From Macrostomum lignano (Eukaryota), in contig NIVC01001657.1 in assembly GCA_002269645.1 (NCBI GenBank), forward strand, positions 17,749 to 81,748: DNA of 64,000 nucleotides, written 5' to 3'. Positions 17,994 to 29,706 of this stretch are shown here, piece after piece (positions within the stretch are counted from its first letter, which is position 1; every line of letters starts with the position of its first letter). A program made the translations under genes and the position numbers. The notes below the pieces were generated by a model that saw only the letters and a list, made by a program, of their open reading frames with translations, was not told where the DNA came from and ran no database searches.

Positions 17994-19413
17994 TTCCTTT
18001 TTACGTTCTATTTGATAAAAATTGCAACCAATGTGGCCACGGCTCAGCCTGACGCAGCCGCAGCAATTTTCCATAGACAGCCACCGCTAGCGGCAACCAA
18101 TTTGGTAAAAACTGCGAGCTATTTTGCCAGCTTGAAGATAGCAGCTCAATAGCATAACAATAACGATAAAGAATGTTAACAATACATGCACGAAGTCAGA
18201 ACATTATGTCCTCAGCATTCAAGCACCGATTGAAGTACGTCTGGGAATGGTTGATCCAGCGCAGGCACTTGAGAGGCGTGATGCAGTTCAGTGCTTGCTG
18301 CACTTCTCTCTTCAGAATGCGCATCCTGTGCTGATGCAGTGTCACACCTGCTGCAGCAGCCAGTCCAGTATCTGCCACCTCGCGCTGAATGGCAGGTGAT
18401 TGCAATTGCGTTTTCAGCTTGGCCTTCAGCGCTGAGCCTGCGTACTCCGCCGGGTTGATGAACGGCGAGTATGGAGGCAGGAATCGGTGAGCATGACCTT
18501 CAGCCATCCCAGGGACACCTAGGTGAGCGCGAGCCCCATCGGACAGTAGCACAAACTCCTCTTCCATCAGAACATCGATCTCAGAGAGGAATTTCATGAA
18601 GTGCTCGTTCTTAAAGCCTCCTTCGACGAGAGTGCTGTGAATCAGGCCGAGTTGCGAGATGGCCAGGCAGATGGTGAGATTCTGCCCACGCTGTCCGCTG
18701 ACGACAGTCACAGCTGGGAGCCCCTTCGCTGAGCGGCCTTGAGTCCTTGCCGTCCAGATGTTCACCCCAAACTCGTCCATGAAGATGGTGTTCACCTGGC
18801 TTCCCTCGTCCAGCATCCATTCAACGTGCATCCTTCGCGCCTCCTTTGTAACAGGCATGTTCCAGTTCACAGGTACCTGGCGCAGTAACTTCAGGGTGAT
18901 GAGGCGACCATCCAGAGCACGACTGATAGTGGTCAGACTCACGTTGGCAACGTCATTGTGTTGGTGCAGCAGGTGCTCTCTCATTTGTTGCAGCGTCGCA
19001 GTAGGTTGACCTTCGACGAATTGAACAATGGTGTCCACCATAGCCTCCGTCAGCGCCATCCTCTTCACTCCTCCTTTTGGCAGAGTGCCAACTCTACCAG
19101 TTCGTTCATACGTGGTCACGATGTTCCTCACTGTCGGTTTCTTCATCCCCATCATTCTGCCAAGCTCTCCCCAGTCGTCGCCACTCCTGTACGCTCTCAC
19201 GATTCGCTCTCGATCCAGCTGACTTATCTTTTGGTACGGCCCACGATTCGCCATCAGAGCAGCTGCTATCTTCAAGCTGGCAAAATAGCTCGCAGTTTTT
19301 ACCAAATTGGTTGCCGCTAGCGGTGGCTGTCTATGGAAAATTCTATGCCTATGGTCAGACTGAGCCGTGGCCAAATTGGTTGCAGTTTTTATCAAATAGA
19401 ACGTAAAAAGGTA
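17994..19413 (-). mobile_element. Full-length IS630-Tc1-mariner element, 1.42 kb, with 153-bp TIRs
   Basis: TIRs 17994-18146 and 19261-19413 (inner ~75 bp identical); flanking TA at 17992-17993 and 19414-19415. Confidence 0.9.
18196..19254 (-). CDS. Intact Tc1-like DDE transposase (~352 aa), DD30E
   Basis: ATG at 19254 lies just inside the TIR. HTH region DRERIVRAY..ELGRMMGMKKPTVRNIV; catalytic motifs FMDEFG, LSDGARAH and YSPFINPAEY; no stops or frameshifts. Confidence 0.9.
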   Translation of the reverse strand: MANRGPYQKISQLDRERIVRAYRSGDDWGELGRMMGMKKPTVRNIVTTYERTGRVGTLPKGGVKRMALTEAMVDTIVQFVEGQPTATLQQMREHLLHQHNDVANVSLTTISRALDGRLITLKLLRQVPVNWNMPVTKEARRMHVEWMLDEGSQVNTIFMDEFGVNIWTARTQGRSAKGLPAVTVVSGQRGQNLTICLAISQLGLIHSTLVEGGFKNEHFMKFLSEIDVLMEEEFVLLSDGARAHLGVPGMAEGHAHRFLPPYSPFINPAEYAGSALKAKLKTQLQSPAIQREVADTGLAAAAGVTLHQHRMRILKREVQQALNCITPLKCLRWINHSQTYFNRCLNAEDIMF

Positions 19414-20301
19414 TATAATTTAGCTTTCCATAAATTATTTGTTATTCAAGTGTCAAGCATCCAAACGCAAATTTTGTGTTCAAATATTTGATAGTCGATC
19501 GCTTCCCTTTGTTGTTTTTGGCTGAAAAGATTGGCTTGCGATTTTATGCATGCTAGCTAAGAATAGGGGATATCGCTAGACTGGGTGAGATTGAGTGATT
19601 GATTGTGCTAGATTGAGTGAGTAATGTGCTGACTGGGTGAGACATGTGCTAGACTGTATGATATATTATAGGCTATGATAAAATAGGGGTTACACCCCTA
19701 GTGCCATCTTTAGTTGCTGCAACATTGACGTTGTTGACAGCGCGCGCTTGGCATCAACGTTGACATAAAAATGTTGCTGAATTGTTGCAGGAACATTGAT
19801 ATAGAAAAAGATTTCAAATGTGTGAATTTCTGGCAATTGAATTATTGCAACTCGTTTAGATTCGGGAGCTCCTTAAATTAAAATTGTACGGAGTTATTCA
19901 TTTATGTAATTCTAATTCAGAAGAATCTGTTTCTTTAATGTATACGTAAAGATTTGTTAAATGTAGCTGCTACAGTTTTTACTAACCAACTTGATTTAAT
20001 TTCTACCGTCAGGCACATCGACACGGATTTCTAGCTGCACAAAAAATCGTTGCTATTTAGGCCTACTGTTTACCTAACTTTCTATTTGACTTTTTGTTTA
20101 GCTTTTTATTTGGTTTATTGCATGTTTGCTTAGCTTTAAAGTTGGCATAAGTCGAAGGCCTAGAATACAAAAACGTAACTAAAATTAATTAGATAAAAAT
20201 CTGTTGTTGCAAAGCTCTTCCTACTACACTAGCCCTTGAATTTAAACTTAAAGAACATAAAAATATTATTGCCTAGGCCTTAGCCTGGCTACTATATTAA
20301 G

Positions 20302-23300
20302 TTGGGAATGCCAGTTTTTTTGTTTGCTCCTGGGATTACAACCATAGCTTTTTTTGTTTACTTGATTGTAACTTGCAAAACTACCCAAGAGATAGACAAA
20401 GATCAAGTTGAACCTGAAGTTGCAAATAATCAGGACCAGGCCCTTAGTGGTCTAGCATCTAATATTGTATTTTTGTCTGGGCCATCTGCTTCTGCACCTA
20501 CTCTAAGTGAAGACACAGTTGTTGTAGGTAAATAATAATGCAATGAAACTCTGTTTCTAATATATATTTTTTATGCTTATCTAATGTATAAAGTATTTTG
20601 ATTATGTTATGCTTAGCCTTATTTAGGCCAAACATTTGTTAGTATAGGCCTAATACTTAAGGTTAGTTAGTATAATATGTTGCTAGGCCCTATAATATAA
20701 ATATAATACAAACTCATGTTGTTGGTATAAATATGATTATATATATATATATATATATATATATACTAACTATTTTTAGTTCAAGTTTGCCTCAATTATA
20801 TACCATTTGGTATAGTCTATTTATATATCTATATTAGGCCTATTGCTCTATATCATAAAATGTTTGTCTAAACATTCCTTTATTATAAGAAGTAAGACTA
20901 AGACTGCCAAAATAAAGATTAAAGTGTAGATTGCAAATATCAATAAGTTTTTTTGCATTTTGGATGTAAAATAGACTTAGAAATGATTAAAGAGCAAATT
21001 TCAACTATAAATAAAAAGTGTTGCAAATCATAGATTTTTTGTATAAGATCTATAGTTCAGAACACTATATGTGCCCCACAAAAAAACTGTCAACATTCTT
21101 TTAATGCCAATATATACCATTTATAATACTTTACACAAAACATCTAAATTGCTAGGAATAAGTGATGGAACATGATGGGTGATTTAGATATTTAATTTAA
21201 ATGAGATGAGCTAAAAACTAAAAATAACAGTTATAGTTATATTTATATAATGTTATATATATTAAAAAAACAAAAGTAAACTTTGTGCATTTTTGTTAAA
21301 AATCATGACTTTTAACTTATAAAAAACAGAATTCAGTTTTGCATTAATTTTATATCAAATTTTATAGTAATGTATGCATGGACAACTATTGTAACAATTA
21401 TTAATAACATAACTTTTCATTCTTTGTGTGTCACAAAAATATTAAACATATATGCCAAAAGCCTTAGAAAATCACTTTTTGTGTATGCCAATGTATGCTA
21501 AATTTCTTGAGTGTACCCTAGAAATTTCTGGGGTACAAGATGCCTTCTTCTGGACTATGGTATAAGATTGTTTCATAAGAAATGTTATATTTAATAACTA
21601 GCTAATGATAGCTAAATTAATTTAAATAAAACAAAATTTATTGAAAAGTTATTTGTTGGATATGAAGTGCTAGTCAAAATTCAAGAGACTTGAGTATCAA
21701 GCTTAAAAGTATATAATGCTGGCTATTTGTATTCAACCTAATTTGTTAATTTTTATATATGCTCCTAAAGACCCTATATTAGTTTTATTATTTATTATAT
21801 TTATTAGTTTTAGTTCTACTATATTAGACCCTAAATCAAACCTTGCCTATAAAAATGTTTGCTATGCTAAATGATGAATTTGGTGTATTTGGGATTTGTT
21901 CATAATGATAATTGTCAACTTGATTTATTTTTGCTTTTGGCAAAACTTTGAGTAAATTTTTTTATCTATAATGCTTCTGTTTGGAGAAAATAAAGCTTGC
22001 AATGTTGTTAAACAATTATTATTTTTTTAAAGCACAAGATGCAAGTTTTAGGAAATTTGTGGATTGTATATTAGATTTGTAATATAAACATATTTTTTGC
22101 TATAATTTATATTATATATATGTTGCAATAAGCATATACTTATGTTGAGTACTCATTATCAAGGGTATGATCTTGATACTCTGACAGTTTCTTGCTAGGT
22201 CTTGCTCAAGGTATTGAAGGCATAGAAGGCTTCATTATGCTGGCGTAATTATGAGGCTTTCATTTCATCCATTTCTCTATAATTTGTCTAGGTTTTTCCT
22301 CAACATCTGTTCATGGAGCCAGTAAGCGAACAGTCCAACGACATATTAAGAGAAGCTACGAGGAAGCTGCAGTTATGCTGCATTGCCCATGTCACACTGA
22401 AGATCCAAGTCAACAGCCAACTGAGCCTATGGCAGAGCTTGGAATTCATGCTGCTCCTGAGCCCACAGAAGAGTCTCAAATGGAACTTGAATACCAGGAG
22501 ATGACTAGTGATGATGTTGGTAAGATTGAATGTATCTATTTTTTATAATAACCCCTAATTGCTTTCAACACTTTTTATTGACATCTTAGTGTGCTTGATC
22601 CTCTAAACTGAATATGAACCTTACACCATCCATTATTCATTTCTGCTTTACAAATAAATTAACTTAAATTTTTTCTGTAACTTTGAAAGTTAAACAAAAA
22701 TTTAGAGTAAAAATGTGATTTTATCAACAAGTATGTGCATAATCTTTTTAATAGTTTTTGATAATACTCTAGCTATTTATTTCTTACATTTAGGAAACCT
22801 GACTTCTTCAACGATTGAATCAGCCCTTCATTCTGATGACAACCAATGTGCGAGACTCGAGGCCATGCTTCGAGACTGGGTTAAAGCAACAGGCCCAGAA
22901 GTGCCGTGCGTGAACTACTTGCTTCAGAATCTACAAGACGAGTTTCCTGGTCTAGCTGCTGACTATCGTGGACTAATGACTACACCAAGGGAGCTTACTT
23001 TTCGCTATGTCAACCCAGGGCGATATTATCATTTTGGCGTTAAAGCTGGTCTTGACTTTCTCCTGAGCAATATTGGATCACGCTCTCGTCTGGATTCCTT
23101 GAACCTCCACCTTTTTGTTGATGGTGCAAAAGTGCACAATAGCACTACCTATACATTGTGGCCTGTGTTGGGTAGAGTTTCGAATTTGTCTCATTCTGTT
23201 TTTATAATCGGGCTTTACTATGGAACTGGCAAACCCCTCTCTGCTTCGGACTTTCTTGCCGACTGTATTACTGAATTGCGTGATTTGATGGCTGATGGAT

Positions 23301-24628
23301 TTGTCTCTACTGTCACTTCAGAGTCAGATCTCATATTACCTTTTAAACTTTCAATGATTACCTGCGATTCACCAGCACGCAGCTTTGTAAAAGGAACAAA
23401 AGCATGTTGGGGATACTTTGGTTGCGACAAGTGCACTGTTGAAGGGGACTTTTGTAATGGAAGAGTGACATTTTCTGACCTAAGTGCTGCACTACGAACT
23501 GACTTTGGCTTCAGAGGTGATGTATACCCAAATCATGTTCTTCTACCAAGCCCTTTTTTAAGTTTGCCCATCGACATGGTTCATGATTTTCCTCTGGATC
23601 CAATGCACTTAATATACGAGGGTATTGTTCCTAAATGTTTAAAATTCCTCGGTAAGGGACGCTTGCCCCATCGAGCATCTGGACCTAATATTCGTCAGAT
23701 AAGTGCTGATCTGTGTTCTATTTCGTCTTGCATTCCGCATGATTTTGCACGAAAGCCACGGTCGATTGAGTGCGTGGGTCTTTGGAAGGCAACTGAGTTT
23801 AGATTGTTTATTTTGTACTTGGCGCCAATTGTTTTAGCTGGAAACGTCCCTGAATCTGTGTATCAATTATTTCTTTCTCTGCATTCGTTTGTTTTCCTAT
23901 TGTCGCATCCTTTGGTTTGTCAAACGTACTGCTCTTATGCCGAAGATTTGGCAAAGCACATTGTTAATGAATGTGCAATTATTTGGGGTGACGAGTTTAT
24001 CGTGTACACTGTGCATTCAATAATTCATATTCCTTCAGAAGTTCGTCGACGTGGTCCGTTGGATAGTTTTAGTTGCTTTTGGGGCGAAAATTTTATCCGC
24101 TTTATTACCCAGTTTGTTCGCAGTCCACGTTTTGCTCTCGAGCAGACTGTGAAGCGAATTCTGGAGAGAGATGTGACTCTCGGTTTTTTTCCTAAGCACA
24201 TGTGTTCTATTCAGTCGCCTTTTGAATATTCCGGTCCAATTGCATCTTCGAATGTAGACTTCTCATTGCAAGGAGTTCAGACATTTGGTATTTACCGTAA
24301 AGTTAGTCTTGTATTGCGTGGAACGTATATATCTGTTGCTAATCCAGACTGCTATATTTTAACTCGAGATGGATTTGCAGTTGTAGTCACTCATATAATT
24401 TCTACTGATGTCGGTTGTATTTTCGTTGGCAAGAAATTTATTCAGCAAACCGCCCTCTACGACGAAACTTTCGACTCAATGTCTCTGCACATTTCCGTTG
24501 TCAATACTTTAAGCAACTCACTCGTAACTGTACGATGGACTGATTTCTATGGTAAAGCGATGCTTGTAAGTCTCAAAAATCGTTCCTGCATTCTCCCTAT
24601 TTTACATACATTGGTCGACTGTGCGTAG
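20302..24628 (+). CDS. EnSpm/CACTA-type DDE transposase (spliced)
   Basis: Probable exons ~20302-20527 (start uncertain), 22292-22519 and 22794-24628, phase-compatible. Motifs LFVDG, TLWPVLG, CDSPARSFVKGTK..GYFGCDKC, FPLDPMHLIY, RKPRSI..WKATEFR, HSIIHIP..GPLDSFSCFWGENF. The main exon is uninterrupted. Confidence 0.88.
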
Positions 24629-25127
24629 CTTCTACGCACATCAAGCATTTCTCTGCAAATGTTTGGAAGCAACTGAATGAACTCTCTGTCTGACTTCTTC
24701 TAGCTAGCTGCTTTCTCATTCAGCAAATGTTGGTTTCATTTTTAGCCACTCCCACTGAGTAAGCAGGTAATATTAGAAAATATAAATGTTTGTGGGAAGA
24801 ACATACTATCATTTCACGCTGTCACTAATTTCATGCTTTCATATTAAATTCTTTCCAACAATCGCATATAGACCTAGACATGATTAGGCATAGACATGCG
24901 AAATATATGACAGTCCCTTTTTAGATGGTTTTCTTTGCTTCGCAAAATGGTTTTGCTGTTTGTTAACAGATTTTTAGTGAAGGTAGGCTTCTGAAATATA
25001 TGCGTTGCGTTTTCACCCATAGTACTATAAAATAATAAAGGAAAATGTGTTCCGATCCGATAGCTTTTCTAACTTTGCTTTGTTTCCCTCCAACTTTTAT
25101 TTCAGCATATTCGGGCCAAGTCTATGA

Positions 25128-28100
25128 ATGAGTCTAAACGACCTGAATGCATTTGTTGTTGTTCGCTTCAATGAAACTGAAGAAATTGAAATCGTTCGTC
25201 GTTCCTGGCTTCAGGGCAGCGACAGCGTCTTGTGCCCTCCCCTGAAAAAGTTCAAGGCTTGCTTGACAAACCAGTCGAAGTCAGTCCCAGACGATAGTTG
25301 GTTGCCTTACAAAGTCGACATCATTGGATCGAGAGGTGAGTTTATGTGCTAATGCAGAATTATTTTCAAATAGGTAGATTATATATGATATGCCTATGAT
25401 TACATATGAAGCCAGTCTTAAGTGCAATTATTGTACTATTTTCTTGTATACATTAGAAAAAAGTACTTCAATGTGGCTCCTATTATCTACATCGGGGGGT
25501 TGATATTTTTTCTTGTTTAATTAGATGTGGGATGACTAAGTCCCACGTGAAAGCGAATTTTCATAGCTAATAATAAAGGATGTAATTTTATATAGTGTAC
25601 ATGTACATGTGTCTATTCCCCTTCATGCAGATCAATTTCCCGCTGCTGTCAACCTGCGGAAGCGGTACGAGAGTCGGGGAGAAGTTGATTCTACTGATAT
25701 AGATGCTCCACGAAGAATTCAAGTTGTCGACCACTATTACAATGAGAATTTCGACATTGAGACTCGAAAAACCGGCCGAAAGAGAACGACAAAGAGCAAA
25801 TCCTCTACACTGGGTAACAGCCGGAGTGCTGGACAGTCGTCAGCGCCACCAAAGTTTCAACCTGATGGCACGAGGCCACCTTTGACAATAAGCAGCAGTT
25901 CGAATTTGGCTTCCATCCAACATGAAGCCATCTTGGCAAGCGCAGTTCATGCTACTACATCGAGTCTGAGCCCGTTTTCACAGTCTTCTTGTGGCAGCTT
26001 CAGCACCAGCACCAATTTAGCTGCAGCTGCCGCGGCCTCTCCGATGGGGCATGGAATCCAGCACCATCCTGCTTCTGCTGCAGCTGCCGCGGCCTCTCCG
26101 ATGGGGCATGGAATCCAGCACCATCCTGCTTCTGCTGCATCTGCCGCGGCCTCTCCGATGGGGCATGGAATCCAGCACCATCCTGCTTCTGCTGCAGCTG
26201 CCGCGGCCTCTCCGATGGGGCATGGAATCCAGCACCATCCTGCTTCTGCTGCATCTGCCGCGGCCTCTCCGATGGGGCATGGAATCCAGCACCATCCTGC
26301 TTCTGCTGCATCTGCCGCGGCCTCTCCGATGGGGCATGGAATCCAGCACCATCCTGCTTCTGCTGCATCTGCCGCGGCCTCTCCGATGGGGCATGGAATC
26401 CAGCACCATCCTGCTTCTGCTGCATCTGCCGCGGCCTCTCCGATGGGGCATGGAATCCAGCACCATCCTGCTTCTGCTGCAGCTGCCGCGGCCTCTCCGA
26501 TGGGGCATGGAATCCAGCACCATCCTGCTTCTGCTGCATCTGCCGCGGCCTCTCCGATGGGGCATGGAATCCAGCACCATCCTGCTTCTGCTGCATCTGC
26601 CGCGGCCTCTCCGATGGGGCATGGAATCCAGCACCATCCTGCTTCTGCTGCAGCTGCCGCGGCCTCTGCGATTGGCGTTTACGACGCGAGCCGTGCAGAC
26701 ATATTGGACTTTCTAGTGACAGCCGTGCGGCGGATTGAAAGTAAGCCAGCTAAAAAAATTTCTTTCGCTACTGAGGCGCTGATATAAGAAAATTTAGAAG
26801 TTCTAATCCGAGCTCTTCATTTCCAGAATTAAGTAAAGTTACGATTTAAATTAAAATGGCGTAATGCACTATTAAACATTCAGCTCCGCATGATTCTGAG
26901 TTTTGCTGCGATTTACACTTTTTAATTTGTACTTAACGTTTCGGAGGTTCATCTGGTTTGTATAGAGAATAATCTATTTGAGTCACTAACTGACTATTAT
27001 CCCTGACTGGCTGATACATCTTCTCGATAATTTTCTTCATTTTAGCAACCCAGCGCGCGATGCATGGTGCGATTTGTGGCCTGGCTACAGAGGTGAAAGA
27101 CTTTCACCTGCAGTTTCTTGCTCTGCAGAACTCTTCGTCTCGTAGTACAGGTGCAAACTCCAGCAATGCCCAGCACGGCCAACAGCCAACCGACAGGCCT
27201 ATACTTCAAGATCTGCCATTTACCGAAGTCGATAAACTGACTGAGTGGGCCACACGACTAACAAGTGATCGAGGCTGCTTAAATGATGCAGTGAGTGCTA
27301 GTATTTTGTATGATTTTTATCATTGCACGATTTACAAAAGCGACTGGATGCCGCTTAACTGCCGCATGTATTTTATGAGAGAATATAACACATTACAAGA
27401 CATGACTATTAATGTGTAATGTCTTGTAGTTTATTAATTCAATTTCTAGTCTACCATTCGAATTCATTCCACACATTTCAGTTTCTGTTCTTCAAGCGGC
27501 TTACCAGCAAAACTCTAATGAAGTCCGTCGCTAATATCTTATACCACATCATGGATGACAAGCTTGCTCATCAGTTCAGTCTCCGTGGTGCCAAGCGTTC
27601 TGGCGTTTCCAAGTATTGCTTTGAGTCAACTGGCCTGCTGCCTTTTATCAAAAGTAAGCAACATAATGGTGCTTAGGATTTTGTCTCTTCTATGATAAAA
27701 TGTGTATTTAAGCTGCTTAGTTAAATATATATCAATTCTGTACGTCCATATCTAGATACTAATCTACTTTGGGTAAGCAAAACTAATGGGCAGTATTTAC
27801 CTACTTTTAGACGTCGTGTGGAGTGTTCACAAAGACGCCAAAGGCGAGGCCATTGAATCCGCGGTGGGCGAACATCTGCGCCACTCAGGCACTCGGTTCC
27901 GCCGAAAAAGGTGCTCACAGCAGTCCGCACAGCGTCCGACTGGAGAACTTCGGAACTCGGCTGCAGGCCCAAGGAGCACTCGGCAAAGCGGAGGTGACGG
28001 CGCAGACATGAACACTGACGGCGATGCAAGTGGCGAGAGCGACAGCAGTTCTGACGACGAGGGCGCTCACGACAGCAGCGAAGATAATGACAATGGCGGC

Positions 28101-28151
28101 CAACGATTTGAAGTCATCAACGTTGACGGTTGTACACTTACTCAACTTTGA
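25128..28151 (+). CDS. EnSpm accessory protein (ORF2; DUF4806-like C-terminus), 5 exons
   Basis: Exons 25128-25335, 25631-26740, 27046-27290, 27482-27653, 27811-28151, all GT-AG and in phase. N-terminus FVVVRFNETEEIEIVRRSWL..PP..W and C-terminus VANILYHIMDDKLAHQFSLRG..HLRHSGTR resemble the second gene of animal CACTA elements (recalled, not searched). Confidence 0.75.
26025..26668 (+). repeat. 57-bp coding minisatellite, 11 copies (SPMGHGIQHHPASAA[A/S]AAA)
   Basis: ccgatggggc recurs every 57 nt from 26041 to 26611. Confidence 0.95.
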
Positions 28152-29706
28152 GTAAATAGGAGTTCAGACTTCACGGGATTGGTGGCTTAATAAAACTAGT
28201 TGTTCTAAGTTCTAAGAACAAAGATCAGTATAGACTCGCTCTAGGTTAGGTGAATCTCTTTGGAGGCTATAGCTGTTTTTAATCATCGCCATCAGATCTC
28301 TAGTTATCTTTGCATCTTTTCTGAACGACATGTCTGTTTTGCCAGCATGCAAATAGCAGTTGCCATTAATAATAGTTTTGCGAATCTCTTATTTTCCTGC
28401 TAACTTTTTTATTCATTAAAAGAAACACTGCAGGTTGCAGCTTGCAGTCACACACAAAGATACACATCATGCGCATCTAATGTAGTAAATATTTTTATTG
28501 CTTTCTTGACCTACTATAATGGTAACCGTCTGATCTGATGTGTTTACGATAAAACAAAAAAAATTAATGGTGCTCATTAGCTAATCTTCGCAGACCTTTA
28601 AATCGAAACGTTTTTTGCTATTTTACTTATTCTTTTTAGCAAATGCTAAGTCATGGCCGTATTTTCGTATTATTTCAAGATGTAGGAGTCTCGATTTTTG
28701 AACCTGTGTGCAAGCTACAGATTTTTTACTATGTAGTCAGTGTTACTACCGGTAGAAGTTCCTTAACAACAATCCAAAATTAATGCATGGCATGCGAAAG
28801 AAAGACATAAGCAAGTGTAATAGTAGAGTCGTCGTATATTATAGAATGAAAGTGATACGAAATATATGTAGTATATAGAATAATACACATACATTAGATA
28901 CTACTAATAGTAGACACGACGACTACATGTTGCACAGATGTTGATGTATGTTGATTTTGCAATGTTGATGCGTCAACCATTCTGCAACGTTGTTTTGCGC
29001 GACAAACGGTCGCTTCTAGCAACGTTTACCACTTGTTGCGCGTCAACATTTGTACAACATTCCCGCAACATAAATGGCACTAGGGGACACTATATAGAGG
29101 TTAATTTTCATGATTTAATTATCGTCCTTGAAAAGAATGCGCGCATCAATGCGGGGAAAATGCAGTCGCGAGGTTTTCATAGTTTTTAGCACAAATAGTT
29201 CTAATTGCTTTTGATTGGAGCTGCAGATCCAATGTTAATCCTTTGATATGTCTTGCCTTTTACATGTATAAAGCCCTATTGACACCCGTAGAGCCTTTCG
29301 TAGCATAATGTTGTAGTAGTTTCCCGTCCTATTGAGATTTCACCAGCGGAGCCATATGTCCTTGATTCGTTCCTACCGCACTTAGTAAATTTTCATCAAG
29401 TCAATGTCATGGGTTACGATCATGTATTTGCTGTTAAAGTTACGTGTCCGTAGATTTTTTGAGCAGCAATGCATATTAATAAGTTTTTAAAAAAAGCAAA
29501 CTATTATCTTTTTTTATATGTTTTACAATAATTAAATTAAAATTTGTATTGAAAGTGCACATAATGTTGTTATAACTTTAAAAGCCGTCCAAAATGCGAT
29601 TAATTAATTTCAAAATTGCAATTACGGTGAACAATTTTTCCTAACTTGTGCGAATTTTAGCCAAAGGTGGTAATTATTTATTCTACAATTTATCTTGATT
29701 TGCAAA

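Larger units (their letters stand above)
19695..29086 (+). mobile_element. Full-length EnSpm/CACTA (CMC) DNA transposon, 9.39 kb, two genes
   Basis: TIRs CCCCTAGTGCCAT (19695-19707) and ATGGCACTAGGGG (29074-29086); 3-bp TSD ACA at 19692-19694 and 29087-29089; short caacatt/gttgc subterminal repeats at both ends. Confidence 0.88.

Noticed and set aside
19255-19395. N-terminal 47 aa of the 399-aa ORF 18196..19395
   Set aside because: It lies within the TIR; the ATG at 19254 gives a typical ~350-aa transposase.
25989-26738. Alternative-frame Cys-rich or Leu/Arg-rich proteins from the 57-bp array
   Set aside because: The flanking splice sites fix the SPMGHGIQHH frame; the other frames are open only because the unit lacks stops.
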